Below are positions 1 to 9,531 of a stretch of 64,000 nt of DNA, piece after piece. The translations under genes and the position numbers were made by a program. The stretch lies in IMG/VR virus record IMGVR_UViG_3300031975_000839. One strand, written 5' to 3'. This stretch comes from an uncultured virus (IMG/VR IMGVR_UViG_3300031975_000839). Its lineage: Duplodnaviria; Heunggongvirae; Uroviricota; Caudoviricetes. The notes beneath the pieces were generated by a model that was not told where the DNA came from, searched no databases, and saw only the letters and a list, made by a program, of their open reading frames with translations. Numbering within the stretch: the first letter of the stretch is position 1; the number at the start of each line of letters is the position of its first letter.

Positions 1-52
1 GGTGAAGATTTTTACCAGCTTGCTCTGTAAGTAATTCTGTGAATGTAATCAT
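1..52 (-). CDS. Partial CDS (5' end only), conserved T4-like hypothetical protein starting MITFTELLTEQAGKNLH
   Basis: ATG at 52-50 overlaps the TGA of the upstream gene (ATGA coupling); frame stays open to the window edge. Confidence 0.6.
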   Translation of the reverse strand, partial: MITFTELLTEQAGKNLH

Positions 53-1200
53 GTTGCACTCGGATTTGGTCTATAATCACACATAATATGTGATGGATAC
101 AAACCACCTTGTTTATTTCTAATGTTAACTTTAAAAATATAAAGTTTAGTTATGATTTCTATATCTATTCTTTTTGCAGAGCCTGGCTTTGGATATAAAA
201 CTTTTACACTTTTAACTTTTGCAGAATCCATCATTCTTCTTCTAGTCATCTCATAATATTCAATTTTTTTACCTTTTTTGTGAACCATGTGATAACCATA
301 TCCTATTCCAGTAACAAGTATTTGTAGTAAAGCTCTCATATTAACTTTTCTAGTTACATCAACAATTATTTTTGGTGATTTCCTAGATGCAGTTTTTTTA
401 TCATATCCCTCAAAAATTTCTATAAACCTTTTTTCTTCAATACCAAACATACCAAGAATTTGTTTTGCTCTTTTATCTTTAAATTTACCAGCTTTAAACT
501 GATCTTCTGTGAAAATAGTTGCAACCCCAGCATTGAAAAATGTAACAGTTCCACCATACTTAAGTGAAAGGAAATAAGGTTTACCATCTCCAAGAACTGT
601 CACATCTGTTATATATCTTCCTATTTGTAGTTCTCTACCTTTAATTAACGCACCAATATCTGTAAAAACTAAAGGCCTTCTAGTGTTCGCACCACCCTCT
701 GGTATTACTTGAATAACTTCGTGTTTTGAGAGTATGTCATCGTGCAACTCTTTCATAAATTCTGGATATTTAAAATTTGGAGAATCTTCACCCTCTGCTA
801 TGTAAGTTTCAATATCTTGAGTAACTTGCCCTTCAAAACCAAATCCTTTACTTTTAGATCCCCCTCCACCTCTTGAACCATTACCAGCTGCAATTTTTAA
901 ATTATATTTTTTAGATAAAGATGGTAAATTAAAATCATCTGCGACTGAACGCATGACTTTAACTCCACTTTCTTTTGGATTTTTTGATATTGCAATAGGA
1001 TCATTAACACCAGATTTTTTTACAATATCACTAAAAAGACCTTTTAGGTTTTCTTTATTATGTGGAGTATCTAATTCATCAATCTCTTGTGTAGATTTTG
1101 GAATTATATCATAAGCTTCAGTAAATGACTGAATTTTATTTAATGGTGAAGTATATGATTCTTTCTTTGGTCGTGTAAGTTGTCTTACAAACTTTCTCAT
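49..1200 (-). CDS. Hypothetical protein, possible PD-(D/E)xK restriction-endonuclease fold
   Basis: 383-aa ORF with GGAG RBS and late promoter; motifs GFGFE...ITDVTV...FLSLK resemble PD-(D/E)xK nucleases. Confidence 0.5.
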   Translation of the reverse strand: MRKFVRQLTRPKKESYTSPLNKIQSFTEAYDIIPKSTQEIDELDTPHNKENLKGLFSDIVKKSGVNDPIAISKNPKESGVKVMRSVADDFNLPSLSKKYNLKIAAGNGSRGGGGSKSKGFGFEGQVTQDIETYIAEGEDSPNFKYPEFMKELHDDILSKHEVIQVIPEGGANTRRPLVFTDIGALIKGRELQIGRYITDVTVLGDGKPYFLSLKYGGTVTFFNAGVATIFTEDQFKAGKFKDKRAKQILGMFGIEEKRFIEIFEGYDKKTASRKSPKIIVDVTRKVNMRALLQILVTGIGYGYHMVHKKGKKIEYYEMTRRRMMDSAKVKSVKVLYPKPGSAKRIDIEIITKLYIFKVNIRNKQGGLYPSHIMCDYRPNPSAT

Positions 1201-1226
1201 TCAATGCTCCCATATGTTTAATCTTA

Positions 1227-1234
1227 TATTTATA
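1227..1234 (-). promoter_or_regulatory. T4-type late promoter TATAAATA
   Basis: Exact TATAAATA on the minus strand, 26 nt upstream of the ATG at 1200. Confidence 0.75.
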
Positions 1235-1238
1235 AAAT

Positions 1239-1268
1239 AAAAAAAAAGGGGGCATAACCCCCCCTTTT
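1239..1268 (-). terminator. Rho-independent terminator
   Basis: AAAAGGGGG...CCCCCTTTT hairpin followed by a long U tract, downstream of the 1292..2344 gene. Confidence 0.8.
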
Positions 1269-1291
1269 TACAGCTGATTGTAATGTATTTA

Positions 1292-2344
1292 TTACTGAAC
1301 AATGCCTTCCTCTTTAGGATTACCATTGTTCTCTACTGATTTTTCAACATCTTGTGGTAGGAAACCAGCAAGTTCAAGTGGGAAACGATTCTTTCCTCTC
1401 TCTCTTACTTCATCAATATCCATATCAACATAATTAGCTACCCATAGTTGAAAATTTTCTTCAAGTTTTTTGATATCATCTCTTATATCCTGTCTTTCTT
1501 TTGCAAGAGTTGATGGTTTTGGATTATCAATCCATGTCCAAAGTTTTACCTTTTTCATACCATACTTTGTAGATGTAACCATTGCATCCCAAAAGACACT
1601 TTTAATTTGGCTAATCTTTCTTACATAACCTAGCCCCTCTACATTTTTGTTCTTATCACCTTGATATGGTAAATTGTTTGCTATTGCAAATTTTTTTGCC
1701 TTGCTTGTACTCCACGCTTTCATTGTTGGCCAGCGTGAGATGTGTTCTTTACGAATAGTATCCAAGATTGGTTTGTGCCAATCTGGATGATGACGACAAA
1801 TTTCTTTGAGAAATTTCAAAATGTCACTATCTTCTCCCCCTATTACTTTATTGTCAATAGAATTAATCACACTTTTAATATAAGTGTTTTTAGTGTTAGG
1901 TGTAGAGGGCACAAACTCATCAGTTTCATTAGTATTAATCTTAAAGATTTCCTCTGAAAGTTTATCATCAAATCGCACGATGTCATATACCCATGTATCG
2001 TATTTTAAATCTTCAAATACAGCATCTCTACCAAAACCTGACAAGCCACTAAAGCGTTTATTATCTTCTGGATCAACTTTAACTGCTGGAGGAATCTTGT
2101 TATAGATAATACCCCTGTTACGAAAACTAGGTTTAAGTTTTTCAACTCTATCTTCACCAGAGTCTTGCTCACGAATCTGTTCACTCTCTTTATATGAAAC
2201 TTTTTCACGATTAATTAAAACTCGTTTTACAAAATGAGTGCCAGGAAATAATGGTTTACCATTATCGTCTAATTGTTTGTAATATAACTCTGGTGGAGCC
2301 TCTTTAAGACTCTGTTGAATGTCAATATAATTTTTTGTACCCAT
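1292..2344 (-). CDS. Hypothetical protein (possible ParB/Srx-like N-terminal fold)
   Basis: 350-aa ORF with AGGAG RBS, its own promoter and terminator; QIR...SGFGR motif is only weakly ParB-like. Confidence 0.45.
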   Translation of the reverse strand: MGTKNYIDIQQSLKEAPPELYYKQLDDNGKPLFPGTHFVKRVLINREKVSYKESEQIREQDSGEDRVEKLKPSFRNRGIIYNKIPPAVKVDPEDNKRFSGLSGFGRDAVFEDLKYDTWVYDIVRFDDKLSEEIFKINTNETDEFVPSTPNTKNTYIKSVINSIDNKVIGGEDSDILKFLKEICRHHPDWHKPILDTIRKEHISRWPTMKAWSTSKAKKFAIANNLPYQGDKNKNVEGLGYVRKISQIKSVFWDAMVTSTKYGMKKVKLWTWIDNPKPSTLAKERQDIRDDIKKLEENFQLWVANYVDMDIDEVRERGKNRFPLELAGFLPQDVEKSVENNGNPKEEGIVQ

Positions 2345-2443
2345 ATATTTCTCCTATTGGTTAAGCACAAGGATATCTACTGATACCCTTAGTATAATTG
2401 TTATCTCACTGAGATTACAATTGTTTATGTTAATATGTAAGAT

Positions 2444-2472
2444 ATTCTACACATTAATATTAAATATGTCAA
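2444..2472 (-). promoter_or_regulatory. Sigma70-type early promoter
   Basis: TTGACA-17 bp-TAGAAT on the minus strand. Confidence 0.8.
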
Positions 2473-2476
2473 GGCA

Positions 2477-3865
2477 TTAAACTTTTATATCAGAAAAGTC
2501 TTTCATGCGAGAGCCAAACGAACTTTTATCAAATACTGGAACATCATCTTGATTACTATCAACTAAGTCATTTGATGAGTTTTCTACATCATATAGTTTC
2601 ATTTTTGACCTATCAACACCTATGACAAATCTTTTATTTGAATTTGGATCGTTATACCTATTTTTAAGTTGTTTTATTGCGATTTGATTGACTTTATCAA
2701 GTTCTTCTGTAGAAGTGATTGCAAACATAAAATCAGCTGTTGCTGGTAGCCCAAAACTTTCCGAAGTATCTTCAAGACCAATATCCGTAGAACTGAAGCC
2801 TGAGCGAGTGGTTTGTGTAGCCGACATAATAGGAACATTGTTTTCAACTGCAAGACCTCGCAGTTCCTCTGCAATTGCTTTAATATAAAAATAACTACCG
2901 ACATTTGCATTTCCTTTAAATCGTGATGATGAACAAATATTTAGATAATCTATGAATATGATATCTGGCTTAAATGATTTTTTAATTGCAAGTTCTTTCA
3001 GTAATCCTCTAAAGTGTCCAGAATGTGCAGAAGCAGTTGGATACTCTTTAACTATGAGTTTACCACCAGTATTTTTTCGTATTCTTGCAATTTTATCCTC
3101 AAACATTTTCTTTGGTAATTGATGTAAATCTTCAATACTAATGTTCATTAAGTTTGCATCAATTCTTTCTGCAATTCTTTCTTCTGCCATTTCAAGTGTA
3201 ATGTATAAAACATTCTTACCTTGAGATAGAGAGTTTGCAGCCATGTGACACATGAACAATGATTTACCAACACCAGTTCCAGCAAGTGCAACATTTAATG
3301 TTTTTGTTGGAAGTCCACCTTTAGTAATACGATTAAAATATTCTAAATCAAAAGGTATTCTTTCTTCTACTTTATGATAATAGGTATATCTGTCATCTGA
3401 ATCCAAAAGATAATCATGCCCGACAGAATCATCAAAAGAAACACCCAATGCATTTGTGAGTATATCTGGGATAGCATCTGGAGTTCTCTTTTTATCTTTT
3501 CCATCAATAATAGAAATGCCTTCAACAATCGCATTGTATATTGCCTTATCTTTACAAAACTTTTCAGTTGTATCTACTAACCATTCAAAATCAACATCTG
3601 TTGGATTGAGTGACTGTATAATCTGAACAATCTTTTCATGCTCAGTGTCAGTTAAATCTTTTCTTTCACCTACTTCAATTTCAAGTGATGTTTGAGTAGG
3701 TATCTTCTTATATTTATCTGTAAACTTAGATATTTCTTCAAAGATAATTCTTTCTTCTCTTACATCAAAATAATTTTCTTTTATGAATGGTAATACTTTT
3801 CTTGCATAATCTTCGTTATGTAGAAGTTGAATTAGTGTCGTTCTCTCTATCGTCTGATTTGTCAT
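2477..3865 (-). CDS. gp41: Replicative DnaB-like DNA helicase
   Basis: Walker A AGTGVGKS, ITLEMAEE, IDYLNIC, SATQTTRSG, TSESFGLPATAD, QLKNRY; likely start MTNQTIE. Confidence 0.95.
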   Translation of the reverse strand: MTNQTIERTTLIQLLHNEDYARKVLPFIKENYFDVREERIIFEEISKFTDKYKKIPTQTSLEIEVGERKDLTDTEHEKIVQIIQSLNPTDVDFEWLVDTTEKFCKDKAIYNAIVEGISIIDGKDKKRTPDAIPDILTNALGVSFDDSVGHDYLLDSDDRYTYYHKVEERIPFDLEYFNRITKGGLPTKTLNVALAGTGVGKSLFMCHMAANSLSQGKNVLYITLEMAEERIAERIDANLMNISIEDLHQLPKKMFEDKIARIRKNTGGKLIVKEYPTASAHSGHFRGLLKELAIKKSFKPDIIFIDYLNICSSSRFKGNANVGSYFYIKAIAEELRGLAVENNVPIMSATQTTRSGFSSTDIGLEDTSESFGLPATADFMFAITSTEELDKVNQIAIKQLKNRYNDPNSNKRFVIGVDRSKMKLYDVENSSNDLVDSNQDDVPVFDKSSFGSRMKDFSDIKV

Positions 3866-4139
3866 TTTCTTTTCCTTGTTCATCAATTATATCAACTAAA
3901 ATATCACCTATAAGATTTGACCAATCTTCACCAAATTTTTCTTTAGGTATTAAATTATTGTCTAGTATATCAAATTCAAACTTCAATGGCAAGTTACCAT
4001 CTGTATTTTCTTCACCTAAAGAAACTTTTCCATACTTATAAACCACTCCATGAAATTTACCTTTAGTAATTCCTATAAGCTGCATTTCTTCATCACGATT
4101 TGTAACATAGGTATAATAATCTTTTATATTATTCAACAT
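3816..4139 (-). CDS. Conserved small protein upstream of gp41 (gp40-like position)
   Basis: 107 aa, GVVYKYGKV motif, syntenic with T4-like gp40. Confidence 0.5.
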   Translation of the reverse strand: MLNNIKDYYTYVTNRDEEMQLIGITKGKFHGVVYKYGKVSLGEENTDGNLPLKFEFDILDNNLIPKEKFGEDWSNLIGDILVDIIDEQGKENDKSDDRENDTNSTST

Positions 4140-4719
4140 AGTGTAAGTATGTACCCATAAAATATTTTGGTGTTTCTATTGGTTTTGTTCCACGATGAAG
4201 CCATGGCCACGCTGGTGGAAAAATAACCATGCTACCTTTTTTACAATTTGTAGTTGTTTTTTGATAACTAAACTCTGTTTTACCCTCTTTATTATCAGAC
4301 AAATAAACAAACATTGCAAGAAATCTTCTCATATTTTTAAAACTACGAACATCAACATGCCACCCAAACTCGTCCTCACCATTAGGTAAATATCTTTTCA
4401 TTTTAAATGGCTCAAACCCATGCTTCTTTGGAAAAGCATAATCAGAAAATTCAAGCTTATATTCATTTACATATTTTGTAAAAATGTTTGCAAGTTGATT
4501 AATTTCATCTTTCCATGTATTCATGTATTTCCAAAAATGTAATTCATCAAACAACATACCACCTCTACTATATGAACCATCATCTTCTTTTTTTACATCT
4601 TTAGTGTTCACTCTTTCATGCTGTTCTGAATTAGATTCAAACTTTTCAATTAATTCATCACAAAACTTTAAGTCTATTGCGTTTTCATAAACACGAATAA
4701 ATGTTTCATTATTATTCAT
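4129..4719 (-). CDS. 2OG-Fe(II) oxygenase (prolyl-hydroxylase-like)
   Basis: WHVD...YLSD...GKTEF...FPPAWPWLHRG...KY. Confidence 0.85.
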   Translation of the reverse strand: MNNNETFIRVYENAIDLKFCDELIEKFESNSEQHERVNTKDVKKEDDGSYSRGGMLFDELHFWKYMNTWKDEINQLANIFTKYVNEYKLEFSDYAFPKKHGFEPFKMKRYLPNGEDEFGWHVDVRSFKNMRRFLAMFVYLSDNKEGKTEFSYQKTTTNCKKGSMVIFPPAWPWLHRGTKPIETPKYFMGTYLHYVE

Positions 4720-5690
4720 TTTAAAAATTCTTCTAAACTACCAACTTCTTTAGATGCAGACTTTCCTATAAGTCTTTCTGATTTACCAGCTGCACCCATA
4801 GTCGCTAATCTGTTATCACAATATGCAGTAGTTGTATATCGTGTTCCATTACCTTTGATGCTTGTCACTCCATGAACCTCATTAGAATCTGCTATAATTA
4901 CAGAATTATCTGGTGCGTCAATGGCAACACCATATCTTGGGAAACAAAGATATGCACCATCATAATCACCATCTCTAAAACAATTCATAGTAGTAAGCCC
5001 TGCGTCTAAATCTCCACTATCAACATGGGCAGACATTGCTTTAGACTGTCCAATGTGATATCTATTTGCAGAGAAAGTGGTAAACATACCAAGTCTATGC
5101 TCAGGTTTGACAAATGTTTCAATCCATGTTTTTTGTCGTTCATAAACTTCTGGTATTCCTTTTTTAAATGCTACCTCATTCCATTTTGATATTTCTTTAA
5201 ATCTTTCCCATTTTTCAGGATTGTCTTTACACCAACCAGAGGAATCAATTTTACCAGTAAATCTTCCTCTTTTATATCCAATCATAACTGAACTGATTTC
5301 ATTACAATATGCAATTCTACCCCAATCACCAGATTTTGTTTTAACAAAGTAAGAATTTGGTGTTCTGAGTTTATAATCAATACCCTCTTTTAAACCTTTT
5401 GCTTCCATTTCCTCTTTTATAATTGGCCCAGCACAGTTTGCTCTCATAACAGAAACATCTGAAATACTTTTTAACATTTCTTTTATAGAGTCGTCTGGAT
5501 ACACATTAGTCACTACAACAGCTAAAGGAACATACCCACCATCAACAGTTTTAAAAGGTTTGTATATTCTTACATCTTCATCTTTTACAGTGACTACTTC
5601 GTCAAAAGAGTTATCATCAAGAAACTTACCATTCCATTTTTGATAAGTTTCTTTTTTTCCTAAATCTTTTTTTGTTATGTGTTCATGCAT
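4716..5690 (-). CDS. TET/JBP-family 2OG-Fe(II) dioxygenase (putative 5-methylpyrimidine hydroxylase)
   Basis: FTTFSAN...SAHVDSGD...GAYLCFPRYGVA...EVHGVT...RYTTTAY matches the HxD...H...R pattern of phage TET/JBP enzymes. Confidence 0.8.
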   Translation of the reverse strand: MHEHITKKDLGKKETYQKWNGKFLDDNSFDEVVTVKDEDVRIYKPFKTVDGGYVPLAVVVTNVYPDDSIKEMLKSISDVSVMRANCAGPIIKEEMEAKGLKEGIDYKLRTPNSYFVKTKSGDWGRIAYCNEISSVMIGYKRGRFTGKIDSSGWCKDNPEKWERFKEISKWNEVAFKKGIPEVYERQKTWIETFVKPEHRLGMFTTFSANRYHIGQSKAMSAHVDSGDLDAGLTTMNCFRDGDYDGAYLCFPRYGVAIDAPDNSVIIADSNEVHGVTSIKGNGTRYTTTAYCDNRLATMGAAGKSERLIGKSASKEVGSLEEFLK

Positions 5691-5700
5691 ATTATTTCTC

Positions 5701-6375
5701 CTATGCAGTATATGTAGACTCTGGCTCTAACGCAATCCAATAATCAACATTCTTTCCTTTACCACTAAAGTGTGAAATGTTTTTAGATGATATCTCAACA
5801 TCATATTCGTTATCCATCATCTTAAGATTTTCTGTCTTAAAATAAAACTTAAAACTACCATCACCATTTGTAGTAATATCAGTAGAGTAATTATTTGCAG
5901 TATCGTTTTTCTTATCTTTTGCAGTTAAGAAAGTTCCACTACCATTTTTCTCAAGAACTAAATCAGGAGCTCCTATTACACCAGCTGCTCTTTTAATCTT
6001 TGATAACTCACTACTACTCATTGTAAATGTTACTTCTTTTGAAGGCATGGTAATCATTTTTGATGGTGATGTTACCACAGATGGGTCTGAATAATAATAC
6101 TTCAAAGAATTTTTAGTATTATTTTCTTCAGTAATTAATACATGATTATCTTGGAAATCTAGTATTGGACTTTTAAATAAAGATAGAGCTGCAAGAAATT
6201 CATTTAAATCATAGATTGCAATTTCTTTTGCAAAATCTTCTTCTACTTCTGCTTTTGCAATAATGTTTTTCATTGCAGACATTGTAGTTAAAGTCTTACC
6301 TTGTTTAATTACCAAGTTTTGATTAATTGATGCAAAGTTCTTTAAAACTGATATTGTGTGTTCACTTAGTTTCAT
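5701..6375 (-). CDS. gp45: Sliding clamp
   Basis: MKLSEHTISVLKNFASINQN...IYDLNEFL...YWIALE, typical of T4-like gp45. Confidence 0.95.
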   Translation of the reverse strand: MKLSEHTISVLKNFASINQNLVIKQGKTLTTMSAMKNIIAKAEVEEDFAKEIAIYDLNEFLAALSLFKSPILDFQDNHVLITEENNTKNSLKYYYSDPSVVTSPSKMITMPSKEVTFTMSSSELSKIKRAAGVIGAPDLVLEKNGSGTFLTAKDKKNDTANNYSTDITTNGDGSFKFYFKTENLKMMDNEYDVEISSKNISHFSGKGKNVDYWIALEPESTYTA

Positions 6376-6661
6376 TATCATTCTCCATATTATTAATGTG
6401 TAGTGCAATTATACCATAGTGTAAGACTTTTAGCAAGTCTTTTCTATTCTTTCCACCTTTTTTTCCATATCGCTGTGCATACTTCATAATGTTACCAATA
6501 CAGAAACCCTCTCCATGCCCAGAGTCTATAATAAACTCTGTGGCTTGAAATTTGTTACGACTATAATGTTGCTCATATGTTTCGTCAATATATTTTTTTA
6601 ATTCTGATAGAACATTATCTTCACTATATTTGTATGATATATTTTTCTTTCTTCTAATCAT
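6362..6661 (-). CDS. DUF3310-like conserved phage protein
   Basis: QHYS...GFCIGNIMKYAQRYGKK...DLLKVLHY. Confidence 0.7.
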   Translation of the reverse strand: MIRRKKNISYKYSEDNVLSELKKYIDETYEQHYSRNKFQATEFIIDSGHGEGFCIGNIMKYAQRYGKKGGKNRKDLLKVLHYGIIALHINNMENDNETK

Positions 6662-6663
6662 AA

Positions 6664-7332
6664 TTAACCTTTACTATATTGAACAGTATATTTTAAAGAT
6701 AATATTCTAAGATTATCATCTCCACTAAATGGTATTGGCTGCCAACGCACCCAAGATGGAAATACAACAAATCTGCCAATCATCGGTGTAACTAACTTAT
6801 CTTGTTTTGGTTTAGTTAGTAGAACATCAGACATTGTGTTACTACCCCAATTGAAATATATTTTTCCATCATAACTGTTCACATTTTTTTCACTCGCACT
6901 TGATGGTACTTTTAAAAATAATAAAGAGCTAATTAATATTTCTCTTTTAGAAAAATCTGTATCACCATCTATAGGGTGAGTATATGTTTTTTCATTTAGT
7001 TCCATAATTTTTATTTCAGAACAGTCAACTGGTATACTCACTAACTGGTCACCTTGAAGTGATAAAGGTATTTGGTCAGAATATAACGACAAATATGTTT
7101 GAGTTGCATTTTTAAAAATGTTTGTTAATGCTTTTGGAACATCATCATCTTTTTGAATTATTTTATTAGCATCAAAATATTGATTAGCTTCATCAACAAA
7201 GTTTAAAGGTAGTTGCCCATGCACAAAAGAAAATTGTTTTATATGCTCAAATCTTAAATCAATTTCTGGTTTAGGTGTATCATCTTCTTTAACTTCTTCT
7301 TCTTTTTTATTCACATCAAAAGTATTTTTCAT
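6664..7332 (-). CDS. Degenerate TIGR02466-like 2OG-Fe(II) oxygenase paralog, metal ligands apparently lost
   Basis: Aligns by eye with 8789..9520 (FNWG...PKQDK...VFPSW) but lacks HxH and the distal His. Confidence 0.6.
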   Translation of the reverse strand: MKNTFDVNKKEEEVKEDDTPKPEIDLRFEHIKQFSFVHGQLPLNFVDEANQYFDANKIIQKDDDVPKALTNIFKNATQTYLSLYSDQIPLSLQGDQLVSIPVDCSEIKIMELNEKTYTHPIDGDTDFSKREILISSLLFLKVPSSASEKNVNSYDGKIYFNWGSNTMSDVLLTKPKQDKLVTPMIGRFVVFPSWVRWQPIPFSGDDNLRILSLKYTVQYSKG

Positions 7333-7348
7333 TTTTTTATCTCCATTG

Positions 7349-7965
7349 TTAAATATGTTCTATAGTAATGTTACCAGCAATAACCACTCTTTTTTCATCA
7401 ATTAAACTTTTTGGAACAGAGTGATGAGTGTTTGCTGGAAATAGTAAAAGTAAATCATCAGACGGAAAAACTTCATCAACATAGTCTGGATATCTTGCAA
7501 CTGATTTACCATTTTGAACAACTGTATCGTGAAATCTTAAAGGTGATGAGCCTACTGGTGCAAAAGGATAATAAGTAAAAGCCCAAAGATATGGGTGATG
7601 GTGATGTGGTTTTGCATAATCATCTTTTCCATATATACTACCCCAACACTCTTTTACTTCGTGTTTAATTGGAACTTTTAAAACAGAATACATAAGTTTA
7701 TTTTCAATTGTTTTTGCAAGTTTTTTAAACTCGTAAACTTCATCATGTAAATGCCACTTAGTGTGGTGAGCATGAATATTAGTAAAATATAATCCCTCTT
7801 GTTTATCTGACCAAGAGTTATCTTTTTTTATAATCTGAAGTAATCTTTTTCTTTCCTCTAAAGATAAATTTAGATAAGATTTGTAGTATATCTTTTTTTC
7901 TAAATTTTCTATATTTGAAAAACTTTTAAGAGTTAGTTTATTGCTGTTTTTTTCCAAGTCCACCA
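7349..7965 (-). CDS. TIGR02466-like 2OG-Fe(II) oxygenase
   Basis: WGSIY...PHHH...AFTYY...FPANTHHSV...RVVIAGN; start uncertain, probably a GTG/TTG after GGAGG near 7953-7965 rather than 8110. Confidence 0.7.
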
Positions 7966-8777
7966 CCGCCTCCATAACGAAATGAGTTTTTCTTAAAAAC
8001 ATTTTTAACTTTGTCTTGCTCTTCTTTTGATAATTCTTTAAATTTAAATCCCATATCTGGTGAATATAAATTACAATTTGCAGAAAAAGTTCTTCTTTCT
8101 CCCTCGCCATGAAAAGGCATGACTGCGTGTTTCAACCAGTTTGGAAATATAAGTAATGTTCCAACTTTTGGTTTAACAAATTCTTCACCAGCTAAATATA
8201 ATGCTCTAGTATCAGACTTATTTAAATTACTCCAATTGAAATATGTAAATCCGTCTACATTACCACTTGCATCATTAAAAAATATTCTACCATCACTATC
8301 TGGCTCTGGTATATCTTCAATACATTTTGGAACTTTTAAATACATAATCATAGACAAACCACCAGGCGTTTTAACACCATGATCGTGTAATGGATTATAA
8401 TCACCAGCATAGCTATGAACTGTCCATGCTTCAAAAATATCTGGGTGGGTATCACTATGCCCTATCGTATTTAAATATTGACTGCAACATTTATCTAAAA
8501 GTTCTTTAACTATCTTTCCAGTGTCATTATTAAAAATATCAAAGTCTAGCTGTGCAGATTTTTTATCTTGACGAATTTGTCCAACTAAACCTTTAGTGTA
8601 ACTATTCTTTACTGTTGCATTACCAGCTACTTCTCCAAAGTTAGGATCATGTGGTATTACATCTTCATCAATATATTTGTTCATCATATCAACAAAATTT
8701 GTAGGCAACTCTGCTTTAAATGTGTAAGTTAGTATTCTCGGTATTACTTGTGTTTTTATATCAAAATGTGAATCCAT
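7938..8777 (-). CDS. TIGR02466-like 2OG-Fe(II) oxygenase
   Basis: WTVHSYAGDYNPLHDH...YLKVP...FPNWLKHAVMPF...ERRTFSAN. Confidence 0.8.
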   Translation of the reverse strand: MDSHFDIKTQVIPRILTYTFKAELPTNFVDMMNKYIDEDVIPHDPNFGEVAGNATVKNSYTKGLVGQIRQDKKSAQLDFDIFNNDTGKIVKELLDKCCSQYLNTIGHSDTHPDIFEAWTVHSYAGDYNPLHDHGVKTPGGLSMIMYLKVPKCIEDIPEPDSDGRIFFNDASGNVDGFTYFNWSNLNKSDTRALYLAGEEFVKPKVGTLLIFPNWLKHAVMPFHGEGERRTFSANCNLYSPDMGFKFKELSKEEQDKVKNVFKKNSFRYGGGGGLGKKQQ

Positions 8778-8788
8778 AATTAAATTCC

Positions 8789-9520
8789 CTATTTGGTATC
8801 TCTGTTAATTTTAAATTCAGTTTTAAAGTTAGCAGATAATGTTCTTCGTTCACCATCTCCATAAAATGGCATTACTTGATGTTTTAACCAGCAAGGAAAT
8901 ACTAAAAATTTTCCTACCTCTGGTTTAACAAATTTATCTTGTTTTGGCCTTAAGGTTAAATAATCAGCAGATGTATTTGTTCCCCATACAAAATGAGTAG
9001 ATCCATCTGTTACACCACTATTTTCATAAAAGTAATTACTTGATTCGTCTATTTCCTCAATTTGTGGTGGAACTTTACAATATAATATGCAAGAAAAAGA
9101 CATAACTTTTTTATCATAACTCACATCATGGTCATGTAAAGGATTATAATCACCAGAGTAACTATGCACTGTCCAAATTGAAAAACACTCCACAGGTATT
9201 TTATCGTATTGGTCTTCTGGCAATGGAAAAGTTCCAATGTTTTGTAGAAGGCGTTTACCAGCAACTCCTAATATTTGCATAAGAGATTGCACGACTGGTG
9301 CTTTTTTATCAAGGTCTAACTGTGCAGACAATTCGTGTTGTTTTATTTGTCCAACTAAGTGGTTTGAATAATCTCTTGCTTTAGCTCTATTTTCATCAAT
9401 ATATGAGTTTAATTCTTCCATATAATTTAATGGAAGTTTACCCTCAATCATAGTTACAGCTGGCATACTAACTGTTTTTAAATTAAATGCATCATTTTTA
9501 CTTGGTTTACTTAAACTCAT
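8789..9520 (-). CDS. TIGR02466-like 2OG-Fe(II) oxygenase (paralog of 7938..8777)
   Basis: WTVHSYSGDYNPLHDH...FPCWLKHQVMPF...ERRTLSAN; AGGAG RBS before the ATG at 9520. Confidence 0.8.
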   Translation of the reverse strand: MSLSKPSKNDAFNLKTVSMPAVTMIEGKLPLNYMEELNSYIDENRAKARDYSNHLVGQIKQHELSAQLDLDKKAPVVQSLMQILGVAGKRLLQNIGTFPLPEDQYDKIPVECFSIWTVHSYSGDYNPLHDHDVSYDKKVMSFSCILYCKVPPQIEEIDESSNYFYENSGVTDGSTHFVWGTNTSADYLTLRPKQDKFVKPEVGKFLVFPCWLKHQVMPFYGDGERRTLSANFKTEFKINRDTK

Positions 9521-9531
9521 ATTATAATCTC

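Noticed and set aside
2396..2422. CAGUG loop as an iron-responsive element
   Set aside because: Lacks the bulged-C IRE geometry; kept only as a generic structured leader
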